A stretch of DNA of 10,631 nucleotides from a virus (Duplodnaviria > Heunggongvirae > Uroviricota > Caudoviricetes), in IMG/VR virus record IMGVR_UViG_2703718802_000006, one strand, 5' to 3'. Positions 1-7,058 of this stretch are shown in pieces. Position 1 is the first letter of the stretch. Each line of letters begins with the position of its first letter. A program made the translations under genes and the position numbers. Under the pieces are notes generated by a model. The model saw only the letters and a list, made by a program, of their open reading frames with translations, was not told the DNA's origin and searched no databases.

Positions 1-1
1 G

Positions 2-1375
2 CCCAATAACACCACGCACCGCCCCGCCACCCTTCAGCACTTGCGTATCAGTGCCGACCAGAGCGGGAAAATCACCGCTATCTCACATGAAAGCTGGTCT
101 GGAAACCTGCCCGGCGGCACGCCGGAAACGGCGGTACAGCAAAGCGAATTACTCTACGCCGGGGCGAATCGTCATACCGGCCTGCGGCTCGCCACGCTTG
201 ATTTGCCGGAAGGGAACGCCATGCGTGCGCCCGGCGAAGCCCCCGGTCTGATGGCGCTCGAAATCGCGATCGACGAACTGGCGGAAAAAGCGGGCATCGA
301 TCCCGTCGAGTTTCGCATCCTGAATGACACTCAGGTTGACCCCGCCGACCCGACGCGCTGCTTCTCTCGCCGTCAGCTTATCGAGTGCTTGCGCACCGGA
401 GCGGATAAATTTGGCTGGAAGCAGCGCAACGCCACACCCGGACAGGTGCGCGACGGGGAGTGGCTAGTCGGCCACGGTGTTGCGGCGGGCTTTCGCAATA
501 ATCTGCTGGAAAAATCGGGTGCTCGGGTTCACCTCGAACAAAACGGCACCGTTACCGTAGAAACGGACATGACCGACATTGGCACCGGCAGCTACACCAT
601 TCTGGCCCAGACGGCAGCGGAAATGCTTGGCGTACCGCTGGAGCAGGTTGCGGTTCACCTCGGCGATTCCAGTTTCCCGGTTTCTGCGGGTTCTGGTGGA
701 CAATGGGGCGCGAATACCTCCACCTCCGGCGTTTACGCCGCCTGTATGAAGCTTCGCGAAATGATTGCCTCGGCAGTCGGGTTTGATCCTGAGCAGTCGC
801 AGTTTGCCGACGGCAAGATTACCAACGGTACCCGAAGCGCCACGCTACATGAAGCCACCGCAGGCGGCAGACTGACAGCGGAAGAGAGCATTGAATTCGG
901 AACACTGAGCAAAGAGTACCAGCAGTCGACCTTTGCCGGGCATTTTGTGGAGGTCGGCGTGCATAGCGCGACGGGAGAAGTTCGGGTCCGGCGTATGCTC
1001 GCTGTGTGTGCTGCAGGACGCATCCTGAATCCGAAAACTGCGCGCAGCCAGGTCATTGGCGCAATGACTATGGGCATGGGCGCGGCACTGATGGAGGAGC
1101 TAGCGGTGGATGACCGTTTGGGCTACTTCGTTAATCACGATATGGCGGGGTATGAGGTGCCGGTTCATGCGGATATCCCAAAACAGGAGGTGATTTTCCT
1201 GGATGATACCGACCCCATATCCTCCCCGATGAAGGCCAAAGGTGTCGGTGAGCTGGGCCTGTGCGGCGTGAGCGCGGCTATCGCCAACGCGGTGTATAAC
1301 GCCACCGGTATTCGGGTACGGGATTATCCCATCACTCTGGATAAGCTGCTCGATAAGCTGCCGGATGTGGTTTAA
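2..1375 (+). CDS. paoC: Molybdopterin-binding large subunit of periplasmic aldehyde oxidoreductase (xanthine dehydrogenase family); C-terminal ~457 codons, 5' end outside the window
   Basis: The frame is open from position 2 to the TAA at 1373-1375, so the TTG at 41 in the ORF track is only the first start-like codon. I recognise the translation as the C-terminal half of E. coli YagR/PaoC. GC is high and the codon usage looks typical of an E. coli core gene. Confidence 0.9.
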   Translation, partial: PNNTTHRPATLQHLRISADQSGKITAISHESWSGNLPGGTPETAVQQSELLYAGANRHTGLRLATLDLPEGNAMRAPGEAPGLMALEIAIDELAEKAGIDPVEFRILNDTQVDPADPTRCFSRRQLIECLRTGADKFGWKQRNATPGQVRDGEWLVGHGVAAGFRNNLLEKSGARVHLEQNGTVTVETDMTDIGTGSYTILAQTAAEMLGVPLEQVAVHLGDSSFPVSAGSGGQWGANTSTSGVYAACMKLREMIASAVGFDPEQSQFADGKITNGTRSATLHEATAGGRLTAEESIEFGTLSKEYQQSTFAGHFVEVGVHSATGEVRVRRMLAVCAAGRILNPKTARSQVIGAMTMGMGAALMEELAVDDRLGYFVNHDMAGYEVPVHADIPKQEVIFLDDTDPISSPMKAKGVGELGLCGVSAAIANAVYNATGIRVRDYPITLDKLLDKLPDVV

Positions 1376-1384
1376 GGAGGAACA

Positions 1385-2341
1385 ATGTCATACCCGCTTT
1401 TTGACAAAGACGAACACTGGCATAAGCCAGAGCAGGCGTTTCTCACCGATGACCACCGGACCATTCTGCGCTTCGCCGTAGAGGCGCTAATGTCCGGTAA
1501 AGGAGCGGTGCTGGTGACGCTGGTGGAGATACGCGGCGGCGCGGCGCGCCCGCTCGGGGCGCAGAGGGTGGTGCGCGAAGATGGTCGTTACTGCGGTTTT
1601 GTCTCTGGCGGCTGCGTGGAGGCCGCTGCCGCTTTTGAAGCGCTGGAGATGATGGGCTCAGGCCGCGATCGCGAAATTCGCTATGGCGAAGGTTCGCCGT
1701 GGTTTGACATCGTTCTGCCCTGCGGCGGTGGGATCACGCTGACGCTCCATAAACTACGCTCGGCACAGCCTCTGCTCGCCGTGCTGAACCGCCTGGAACA
1801 GAGAAAACCGGTGGGGCTGCGCTACGATCCGCAAGCACAATCGCTGGTGTGCCTGCCCACGCAAACCCGGACGGGCTGGAATCTCAATGGCTTTGAGGTG
1901 GGGTTCAGGCCATGCGTCAGGCTGATGATTTACGGACGTTCTCTTGAGGCGCAGGCAACCGCGAGTCTTGCAGCAGCCACAGGCTATGACAGCCATATCT
2001 TCGATCTTTTTCCGGCCTCAGCCAGCGCTCAGATCGATACCGATACGGCGGTCATTTTGCTGTGCCATGATCTCAACCGGGAGCTGCCAGTGTTGCAGGC
2101 CGCGCGAGAAGCAAAACCCTTTTATCTCGGCGCATTGGGCAGCTATCGAACCCACACGTTACGTCTGCAAAAGCTCCACGAGCTGGGATGGTCCAGGGAG
2201 GAAACAACGCAAATCCGGGCACCCGTCGGGATATTCCCCAAAGCCCGGGATGCGCATACTCTGGCACTCTCCGTGCTGGCAGAAGTCGCCTCTGTACGTC
2301 TCCATCAGGAGGAGGATTCATGCCTGCCCCCGTCGTCCTGA
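1385..2341 (+). CDS. paoD: XdhC/CoxI-family molybdenum cofactor insertion chaperone, 318 aa
   Basis: AAGGAGG Shine-Dalgarno 5 nt upstream of the ATG at 1385, which is 9 nt after the paoC stop. The length and sequence (MSYPLFDKDEHWHKPEQAFL...) match my recollection of E. coli YagQ/PaoD. Confidence 0.9.
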   Translation: MSYPLFDKDEHWHKPEQAFLTDDHRTILRFAVEALMSGKGAVLVTLVEIRGGAARPLGAQRVVREDGRYCGFVSGGCVEAAAAFEALEMMGSGRDREIRYGEGSPWFDIVLPCGGGITLTLHKLRSAQPLLAVLNRLEQRKPVGLRYDPQAQSLVCLPTQTRTGWNLNGFEVGFRPCVRLMIYGRSLEAQATASLAAATGYDSHIFDLFPASASAQIDTDTAVILLCHDLNRELPVLQAAREAKPFYLGALGSYRTHTLRLQKLHELGWSREETTQIRAPVGIFPKARDAHTLALSVLAEVASVRLHQEEDSCLPPSS

Positions 2342-2730
2342 TCCTTGCGGCCGGGCGTGGAGAGCGCTTTCTCGCCTCCGGGGGAAATACCCATAAGTGT
2401 ATCGGCTGGCGTCAGTCCCCGGAGGTTGCGCCTTATCGCTGGCCATTTGAAGAAAACGGGAGAACTTTCGACCTTGCGATTGAACCGCAGATTACGACTA
2501 ATGATCTGCGTCTGATGTTGAGGCTGGCTCTTGCCGGCGGAGGAATAACAATTGCCACTCAGGAAACTTTCAGGCCATATATTGAAAGCGGTAAGCTTGT
2601 ATCGCTGCTTGATGACTTTCTTCCACAATTTCCGGGCTTCTATCTGTATTTCCCACAGCGTCGCAATATTGCACCAAAGCTCCGCGCCCTGATTGACTAC
2701 GTCAAAGAATGGCGGCAGCAATTGGCTTAA
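2320..2730 (+). pseudogene. yagP: Chimeric remnant: ~26 aa MocA-like nucleotidyltransferase N-terminus (MPAPVVLILAAGRGERF) fused to the C-terminal effector-domain fragment of a LysR-type regulator, 136 codons
   Basis: GAGGAGG precedes the ATG at 2320, which overlaps the paoD 3' end. The first ~26 residues carry the glycine-rich loop of MobA/MocA-type enzymes. The rest (…LRLALAGGGITIATQETFRPYIESGKLVSLLDDFLPQFPGFYLYFPQRRNIAPKLRALIDYV) is a LysR C-terminal substrate-binding fragment with no HTH. The position after paoD matches K-12 yagP, which is annotated as a LysR fragment. Confidence 0.7.
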
Positions 2731-2856
2731 ATGTCTGCACCTGCACTGCCTGATGTCAGAACAGTATTTTGATGAATTGCCAAGGTTACAATGGCACAAA
2801 TACGGCACAGGAGGAAACGTGGTGTATTTAAATATGGGGTAACTCTTTGATTTTAA

Positions 2857-2924
2857 TGGTGCCGATAATAGGAGTGTAACACGCGATAAATCTTGTGTTC
2901 GGGTCTTCTTCTACGACCTTCGCA
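2857..2924 (-). other. ptwF: Displaced tRNA-Thr (thrW-type) 3' fragment, i.e. element attachment-site remnant (ptwF-like), in two pieces
   Basis: 2857-2875 (tggtgccgataataggagt) is the reverse complement of ACTCCTATTATCGGCACCA, the T-arm/acceptor/CCA end of E. coli tRNA-Thr(CGU) as I recall it. 2911-2924 (ctacgaccttcgca) is the reverse complement of TGCGAAGGTCGTAG, the anticodon-stem/variable-loop/T-stem part of the same tRNA. The pieces are 35 nt apart here; the intact tRNA has 5 nt between them. Confidence 0.6.
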
Positions 2925-3014
2925 ACTACCTGATTTAACGATTTTTACGCACACTGATAATCTGGCATTCATCATGCACATGATAAACGCCCCTAAACTT
3001 TAACGGGGTGGAAA

Positions 3015-4229
3015 ATGAAATACAAGCCGGATCAATACATCATCTCTGATAGTTACGGAGTTTATTACGTCAGGATCTCAATTCCTATATGGCTTCGTAA
3101 TGCATTTGGTGGAAGAAAAACTCTCGTCCGTAGTCTGAACACTTCCGATCTTCGTGTGGCACGTAGGAAGCGTGATGTTATAGCAGACGAGTTTCACCAC
3201 ATCAGGCAAATTGCAGAGCCACCAAAACCGGACAGCCTGCAGGACACAATCAGCTATCTAAAGAGCGTTGCTAAGTACGCAAAAGCTGCCCCGAAAGCAT
3301 CAGCGCCAATTATCTCCCAATGCCCCTCTCTGAATAAGATGTTGGAGATTTACCTCACGCATAACGCTGATCGCCTGAAAATTGGAACATTAAGCAAGAC
3401 CAGGAAAGCCGTAGAACTGTTTCTGAATTACCTGCGAAAGAAGGATGTGGAACTAAACGATATCAACCGTACCACCGTTACAGGCTGGCTTGATCATCTC
3501 CGAGAAACAAAGGCAGTCCAAACAGTGGCTAACTATCTTTCTGCAATGGCAAACATTCTCGATCTTGCCTCTTCCCGATACCAGGACGCCCCACAGCTGG
3601 AAAGTAACGTATTCAGAGGGCATAAACTCAACACAGCGCAGAGCCGCCAGAGTTACGAGGCATTCACGGACGAAGAAATTACGAAGCTCATTAGCACGTT
3701 TAACAAGTTAGGAGAGGACGAATTAAGGGATTTAAGCGCCATAGCCGCTTATAGCGGAATGCGCATCAATGAAATAGCCAGTTTGAAATCTGACAATATC
3801 CGTGAAGTTGAGGGGGTGTTATGTTTCGATGTATTGGAAGGAAAGACAGCTAACGCTTCCAGGCTAATCCCATGCCATAGTGCGATTAAAACAATGGTCC
3901 TGGAACGCTGCCAGAAGCCGCACAACGGCTTTTTATTTTACCGTGCAAGTGTGACCAAGAGAGAGGACGGCAAGCGCTCCTCATGGCACGTAAACCGCTT
4001 TGGACGGCTTAAACGCGATATTCTCCCAGGGCAAGAAAACAAGGTGTTTCACTCGTACCGCCATGCCGTGATCAGTAAGCTAAACGCCGCCGGAGTGGAT
4101 GAATCTCGTATTGCCTTGCTCGCGGGCCACTCATTTGGAGAAACTGAATCTTTCAAGACGTATTCGAAATCCGTTCCTGAGCGAATAGTGAAGGAACTAA
4201 AAGAATATATCGAATTAATCAAATATTAA
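3015..4229 (+). CDS. int: Tyrosine recombinase / phage-type integrase, 404 aa
   Basis: GGTGG Shine-Dalgarno before the ATG at 3015. The C-terminal catalytic pattern is visible: AYSGMRINEI (Arg), HSYRHAV (His-x-x-Arg), LLAGHS (His) and KTYSK (Tyr nucleophile). It lies immediately next to the att fragment. Confidence 0.9.
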   Translation: MKYKPDQYIISDSYGVYYVRISIPIWLRNAFGGRKTLVRSLNTSDLRVARRKRDVIADEFHHIRQIAEPPKPDSLQDTISYLKSVAKYAKAAPKASAPIISQCPSLNKMLEIYLTHNADRLKIGTLSKTRKAVELFLNYLRKKDVELNDINRTTVTGWLDHLRETKAVQTVANYLSAMANILDLASSRYQDAPQLESNVFRGHKLNTAQSRQSYEAFTDEEITKLISTFNKLGEDELRDLSAIAAYSGMRINEIASLKSDNIREVEGVLCFDVLEGKTANASRLIPCHSAIKTMVLERCQKPHNGFLFYRASVTKREDGKRSSWHVNRFGRLKRDILPGQENKVFHSYRHAVISKLNAAGVDESRIALLAGHSFGETESFKTYSKSVPERIVKELKEYIELIKY

Positions 4230-4243
4230 AATACCTTAAATGT

Positions 4244-4260
4244 GAGGGGGAATCCCCCTC
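4244..4260. terminator. Bidirectional intrinsic terminator between the convergent int and 92-aa genes
   Basis: GAGGGGG-aat-CCCCCTC perfect 7-bp GC-rich stem. On the + strand it is followed by TATTTTATTT. On the - strand it sits 4 nt downstream of the 92-aa gene stop. Confidence 0.65.
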
Positions 4261-4264
4261 TATT

Positions 4265-4543
4265 TTATTTATACCATACACTTTGCATATATTGCGATGT
4301 TTCAGATGAAATATTATACCAATATGCATAATTATTTGTTGCATCTACAACTATCAATTTATCATCACTATCCATCGCTTTATGAACTATTTGCGCTGCC
4401 TGTTCAGAATTGTAATGTGAATTAACATACCAATTTGATTCTGTAACTTTGACTGCTACGCCCAATGATTTAATAGCTTCGTAAACTGCTGGATAGTTTT
4501 TAGTTTTGATCAAGTCATAGGTTACAAAAAGATTGTTAGCCAT
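4265..4543 (-). CDS. Hypothetical 92-aa protein; predicted beta-alpha-beta-beta-alpha-beta (ferredoxin-like, Cas2/VapD-reminiscent) pattern
   Basis: GGAGAG Shine-Dalgarno 8 nt before the ATG at 4543. The region is AT-rich. Alternating segments by eye are LFVTYDL (beta, ending in Asp), YPAVYEAIKSLG (helix), AVKVTESNWYVNS (beta hairpin), SEQAAQIVHKAM (helix) and KLIVVDAT (beta). The fold is inferred by eye only. Confidence 0.7.
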   Translation of the reverse strand: MANNLFVTYDLIKTKNYPAVYEAIKSLGVAVKVTESNWYVNSHYNSEQAAQIVHKAMDSDDKLIVVDATNNYAYWYNISSETSQYMQSVWYK

Positions 4544-4571
4544 TTTATTCTCTCCAGAGATTCAAAAGAAT

Positions 4572-4591
4572 AAGCGCCGCTATAGGCGCTT
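4572..4591 (-). terminator. Intergenic hairpin (possible attenuator, partial terminator or processing site) between the 42-aa and 92-aa genes
   Basis: On the minus strand: AAGCGCC-uauagc-GGCGCUU (7 bp) followed by AUUCUUUUG. It lies 10 nt after the 42-aa gene stop and ~28 nt before the 92-aa gene start. Confidence 0.35.
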
Positions 4592-4601
4592 TGAGATGTT
4601 T

Positions 4602-4730
4602 TTATTTCTTAGCTTTCTTGGTAGGGATTTTGATAGTTTCAGTTACCGTAGTGTCAGGATGTCTTTTAGCTTCAATGGGCTTAACAAACTGACCAGTTAT
4701 CGCAGAACGAACTACTGTTTTCTTAGCCAT
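4602..4730 (-). CDS. 42-aa lysine-rich basic peptide (MAKKTVVRSAITGQFVKPIEAKRHPDTTVTETIKIPTKKAKK)
   Basis: Internal ATG of the 76-aa track ORF, preceded by GAGGTG with 4-nt spacing. The upstream 34 codons of the long form have no RBS and overlap the candidate promoter. I recall short proteins with an RSAxTGxFV…HPxTTVxE pattern being widespread and poorly annotated, but I cannot name a family. Confidence 0.55.
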   Translation of the reverse strand: MAKKTVVRSAITGQFVKPIEAKRHPDTTVTETIKIPTKKAKK

Positions 4731-4776
4731 AAAACACCTCATCTTGGAGATAAAGAGTGAACTGCTTACCCTTTTA

Positions 4777-4805
4777 AGAATAAGGGACAAACGAAGCGGC
4801 GTCAA
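4777..4805 (-). promoter_or_regulatory. Candidate sigma70 promoter for the 42-aa/92-aa cargo module
   Basis: Minus strand: TTGACG (4805-4800), 17 nt, TATTCT (4782-4777). It is ~45 nt upstream of the ATG at 4730 and immediately downstream of the structural-operon terminator. Confidence 0.4.
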
Positions 4806-4807
4806 AG

Positions 4808-4857
4808 AAAAAACACCACATATACACATCATTTACAAAACAAGCGCAATATGTGGT
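4808..4857 (-). terminator. Terminator-like hairpin ending the structural operon
   Basis: Minus strand: ACCACAUAU (4857-4849) pairs with AUAUGUGGU (4823-4815) across a 25-nt loop. After one unpaired G this is followed by UUUUUU (4813-4808). It begins ~25 nt after the 623-aa gene stop. The large loop makes it atypical. Confidence 0.4.
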
Positions 4858-4881
4858 ATCTCCATGCGATTTACATCACAA

Positions 4882-6753
4882 TCACCCCCCTGTGCTGCTC
4901 TGACCGCTCAAGGCTGACAAGGTGAGCGACTGTGTAAAACTGGCTTGTGAGGCTCTCGCCTGGAAATCAATGTAATCGCTCAGCCTTGAGCTATCGCTGG
5001 CGATAGTTAGCGGAACAGACGCTTCAAGATTGAGATTGAATACAGGTGCAAGATTGTACGCTGGCGCACTATTGGTGCTGGTTAGGGATGATATAGCAGA
5101 ATCACGAAGCGCTCCCCCTTTCAGAGAATCACCATTCAGGCCGTATTGTTCTACCGCTGTCCCTGTAGGCTGATCATCTATCCCTAACCAACCTTTAACG
5201 GCATGACCTACACTACGGCTGTCCCACCCTGTCTTGTCCTGCACCCAATCGGCAGCACTGTTGGCACTTCCTGTAACAGCACCATCATACAAACTCTGTG
5301 CCGCTGGCTTATCGCTACCAGTGAACCATTGAGGGAAACGTTCTTTCAGCCCTGCATTGATATCACTCACAACACTGGAAATCTCACCCACAAACCCAGT
5401 GATTTCTTTCGAGAGATTGCCTAAGCCCTCTCCAAGCATTCCCGCCGCTTCGGTGATAATTTTGGTTTTCCTTACCAGATCGTCGCCCCCATCGGCAAAG
5501 CCTTTCATCCAGCCTGTAAACAACTGATTGTCTATTCCATTCATCAGATTACCCATAGCAACACTCAAATCGCCATACTCATAAACCTGCTTGATCATTT
5601 CGTCGTTCAGCGTCTGACCGGACTCAATGAGAGTTCTTAGCGTCTTGTTATACTCTGCACCGTTGTTCATGAACATATCGGTGTAGTGCATCAGGTCATC
5701 ACCTAAACTCTCAATCAGCGTACCAATCTGAGCCTGTGACATACCACGGCGTTGCCCTTCATTCACCGTAGCTTGAACAAAATCGAGTGGTGAATCTTGG
5801 AACTTGGAAATCTGATCCTTACTCCATCCAAATTTGTTCATTATCGACGTAATGCCACCATCCCCACCCTTCCATTCGCCATTCTTCATTTGAGCATCGT
5901 TAACAGTCATGGCGAGGCGTTCACGCACATCTTTCATGTTATCGACGGCTTTTGAGGTATTAGCTGAATCAACACCGTGTTGCTGTCCCCAGGCCACCAT
6001 CGTTTTTATGGCGTTTGGGTTGGTTTTCACACGTTCACTCATTCTCACCAGTTCGAGGTTATCATTCCCTTTGTCAATAATTCGCTGCCCCACTCCGAGG
6101 GAGCCAGCCGTTAACGCAAGGCTTCCTAATACCCCACCACCGACGATAGGAGCATTCCCGCCCTTCTGAGCCTTTAGCTTAGTGGCTGCTGCGGCATACT
6201 GGGTACGCTGTGCCTGTGTCACTTTGGCTTGCTGTGCGGCTTCTCTGCGTAACAGGGTTACACGCTCACGAATAGATGCGTTCATACGGGCACTGGTCAG
6301 ATTGCCTTTGGCAAATTCCTCTGTTTGCTGACGTATGAAACGTAACGCTTCATATTGAGATTTAAGATCAAGTCCGTATTTACCTTTAATTCCTGACACT
6401 TGTAGCCCTGCATGGCGAAGTTTAAGCTCGGCTGTCTCTTGGTGCTTCTGTAGCTGCTGCTTCGCTTTCAGATTGGCCTTTTCATCCCTGGCTTTCTGCT
6501 TCTCTGCCGCACGTTGGGCTTTCATTTCCTTCGTATCACGAGGTTTATCATTAAAACGTGCATCATCGGCTTGTTGACGAGCTTTCTGTCTGCGCTGCTT
6601 CTGAGCCTGGAAGCGAATCTTGGGATCGGCTATTTTCTGGAAGTGCTTTTGAAGGTTATCCGCTGCGGCTTTAGCCAGAGCAATGCTCTGCTTATCCACC
6701 ACGAATGTAACCGTATTGCGGATCTGACTGACCGAAATATCAAGCATCGCCAC
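4882..6753 (-). CDS. Large structural protein, tape-measure-like, 623 aa (Lys/Gln/Ala-rich coiled-coil N-terminus plus a glycine-rich hydrophobic segment)
   Basis: Long uninterrupted ORF. Residues ~50-190 are charged heptad-like repeats (KQRRQKARQQADD…EKQKARDEKANLKAKQQLQKHQE). APIVGGGVLGSLALTAGSLGVG is a Gly-zipper hydrophobic stretch, as seen in tape measure proteins. The start is ambiguous: GTG at 6753 or ATG at 6747. It overlaps the upstream 65-aa gene by 14 nt. Confidence 0.8.
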   Translation of the reverse strand: MAMLDISVSQIRNTVTFVVDKQSIALAKAAADNLQKHFQKIADPKIRFQAQKQRRQKARQQADDARFNDKPRDTKEMKAQRAAEKQKARDEKANLKAKQQLQKHQETAELKLRHAGLQVSGIKGKYGLDLKSQYEALRFIRQQTEEFAKGNLTSARMNASIRERVTLLRREAAQQAKVTQAQRTQYAAAATKLKAQKGGNAPIVGGGVLGSLALTAGSLGVGQRIIDKGNDNLELVRMSERVKTNPNAIKTMVAWGQQHGVDSANTSKAVDNMKDVRERLAMTVNDAQMKNGEWKGGDGGITSIMNKFGWSKDQISKFQDSPLDFVQATVNEGQRRGMSQAQIGTLIESLGDDLMHYTDMFMNNGAEYNKTLRTLIESGQTLNDEMIKQVYEYGDLSVAMGNLMNGIDNQLFTGWMKGFADGGDDLVRKTKIITEAAGMLGEGLGNLSKEITGFVGEISSVVSDINAGLKERFPQWFTGSDKPAAQSLYDGAVTGSANSAADWVQDKTGWDSRSVGHAVKGWLGIDDQPTGTAVEQYGLNGDSLKGGALRDSAISSLTSTNSAPAYNLAPVFNLNLEASVPLTIASDSSRLSDYIDFQARASQASFTQSLTLSALSGQSSTGG

Positions 6754-6937
6754 CGCCTTTCTTACTCACCAGATAATTAAGTGCATCTGATACACTACGC
6801 CCACGATGTAATAACTGACGTAGATGACCGTGATCTATTTCAAGCACACGACACACTCCCGCCAGATTTAATAACTCTTCTGCTGTTTCAGCATTTACGG
6901 CGAGGTGAAGCCCCGCGCTTTTTACAATCACTTGCAT
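6740..6937 (-). CDS. Hypothetical 65-aa protein
   Basis: AAGAGGAAAG Shine-Dalgarno before the ATG at 6937. Its 3' end overlaps the start of the 623-aa gene, suggesting translational coupling. I recognise no motif. Confidence 0.6.
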   Translation of the reverse strand: MQVIVKSAGLHLAVNAETAEELLNLAGVCRVLEIDHGHLRQLLHRGRSVSDALNYLVSKKGGGDA

Positions 6938-6962
6938 TTATCTTTCCTCTTATTCTGGAAAT

Positions 6963-7046
6963 AAAAAAGGGCGGGAACACTGGGGAGATGTTCCCAACGT
7001 TCACACGCCCTATTCAAAAGCCTGATTATTGCCTGCGGGTCAGGCT
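6963..7046 (-). terminator. Two tandem intrinsic-terminator-like hairpins downstream of the capsid gene
   Basis: Minus strand T1: AGCCUGA (7046-7040) pairs with UCAGGCU (7025-7019), followed by UUUG. Minus strand T2: GGGAACA-ucuccccag-UGUUCCC (6995-6973), closed by GGGC/GCCC (7010-7007 with 6972-6969) and followed by UUUUUUAU (6968-6961). Confidence 0.55.
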
Positions 7047-7058
7047 CCCGCTTGCTCA

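Noticed and set aside
51-1077. Track ORFs 51-251 (+), 464-703 (-) and 733-1077 (-) inside paoC
   Set aside because: They are shadow ORFs of a well-supported high-GC gene.
1944-2808. Track ORFs 1944-2396 (+), 2188-2730 long form (+), 2073-2321 (-), 2305-2808 (-) and 1754-1996 (-)
   Set aside because: These are alternative-frame or antisense ORFs within the high-GC paoD/yagP sequence. Such ORFs are expected by chance in GC-rich DNA. The only part kept is 2320-2730 (yagP).
4533-4760. 75-aa + strand ORF across the cargo module
   Set aside because: It is antisense to both small genes and runs through the intergenic hairpin. It has no RBS.
4602-4832. 76-aa long form of the small cargo ORF
   Set aside because: The N-terminal 34 codons lack an RBS and overlap the candidate promoter and terminator. 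The internal ATG at 4730 has a good GAGGTG Shine-Dalgarno.
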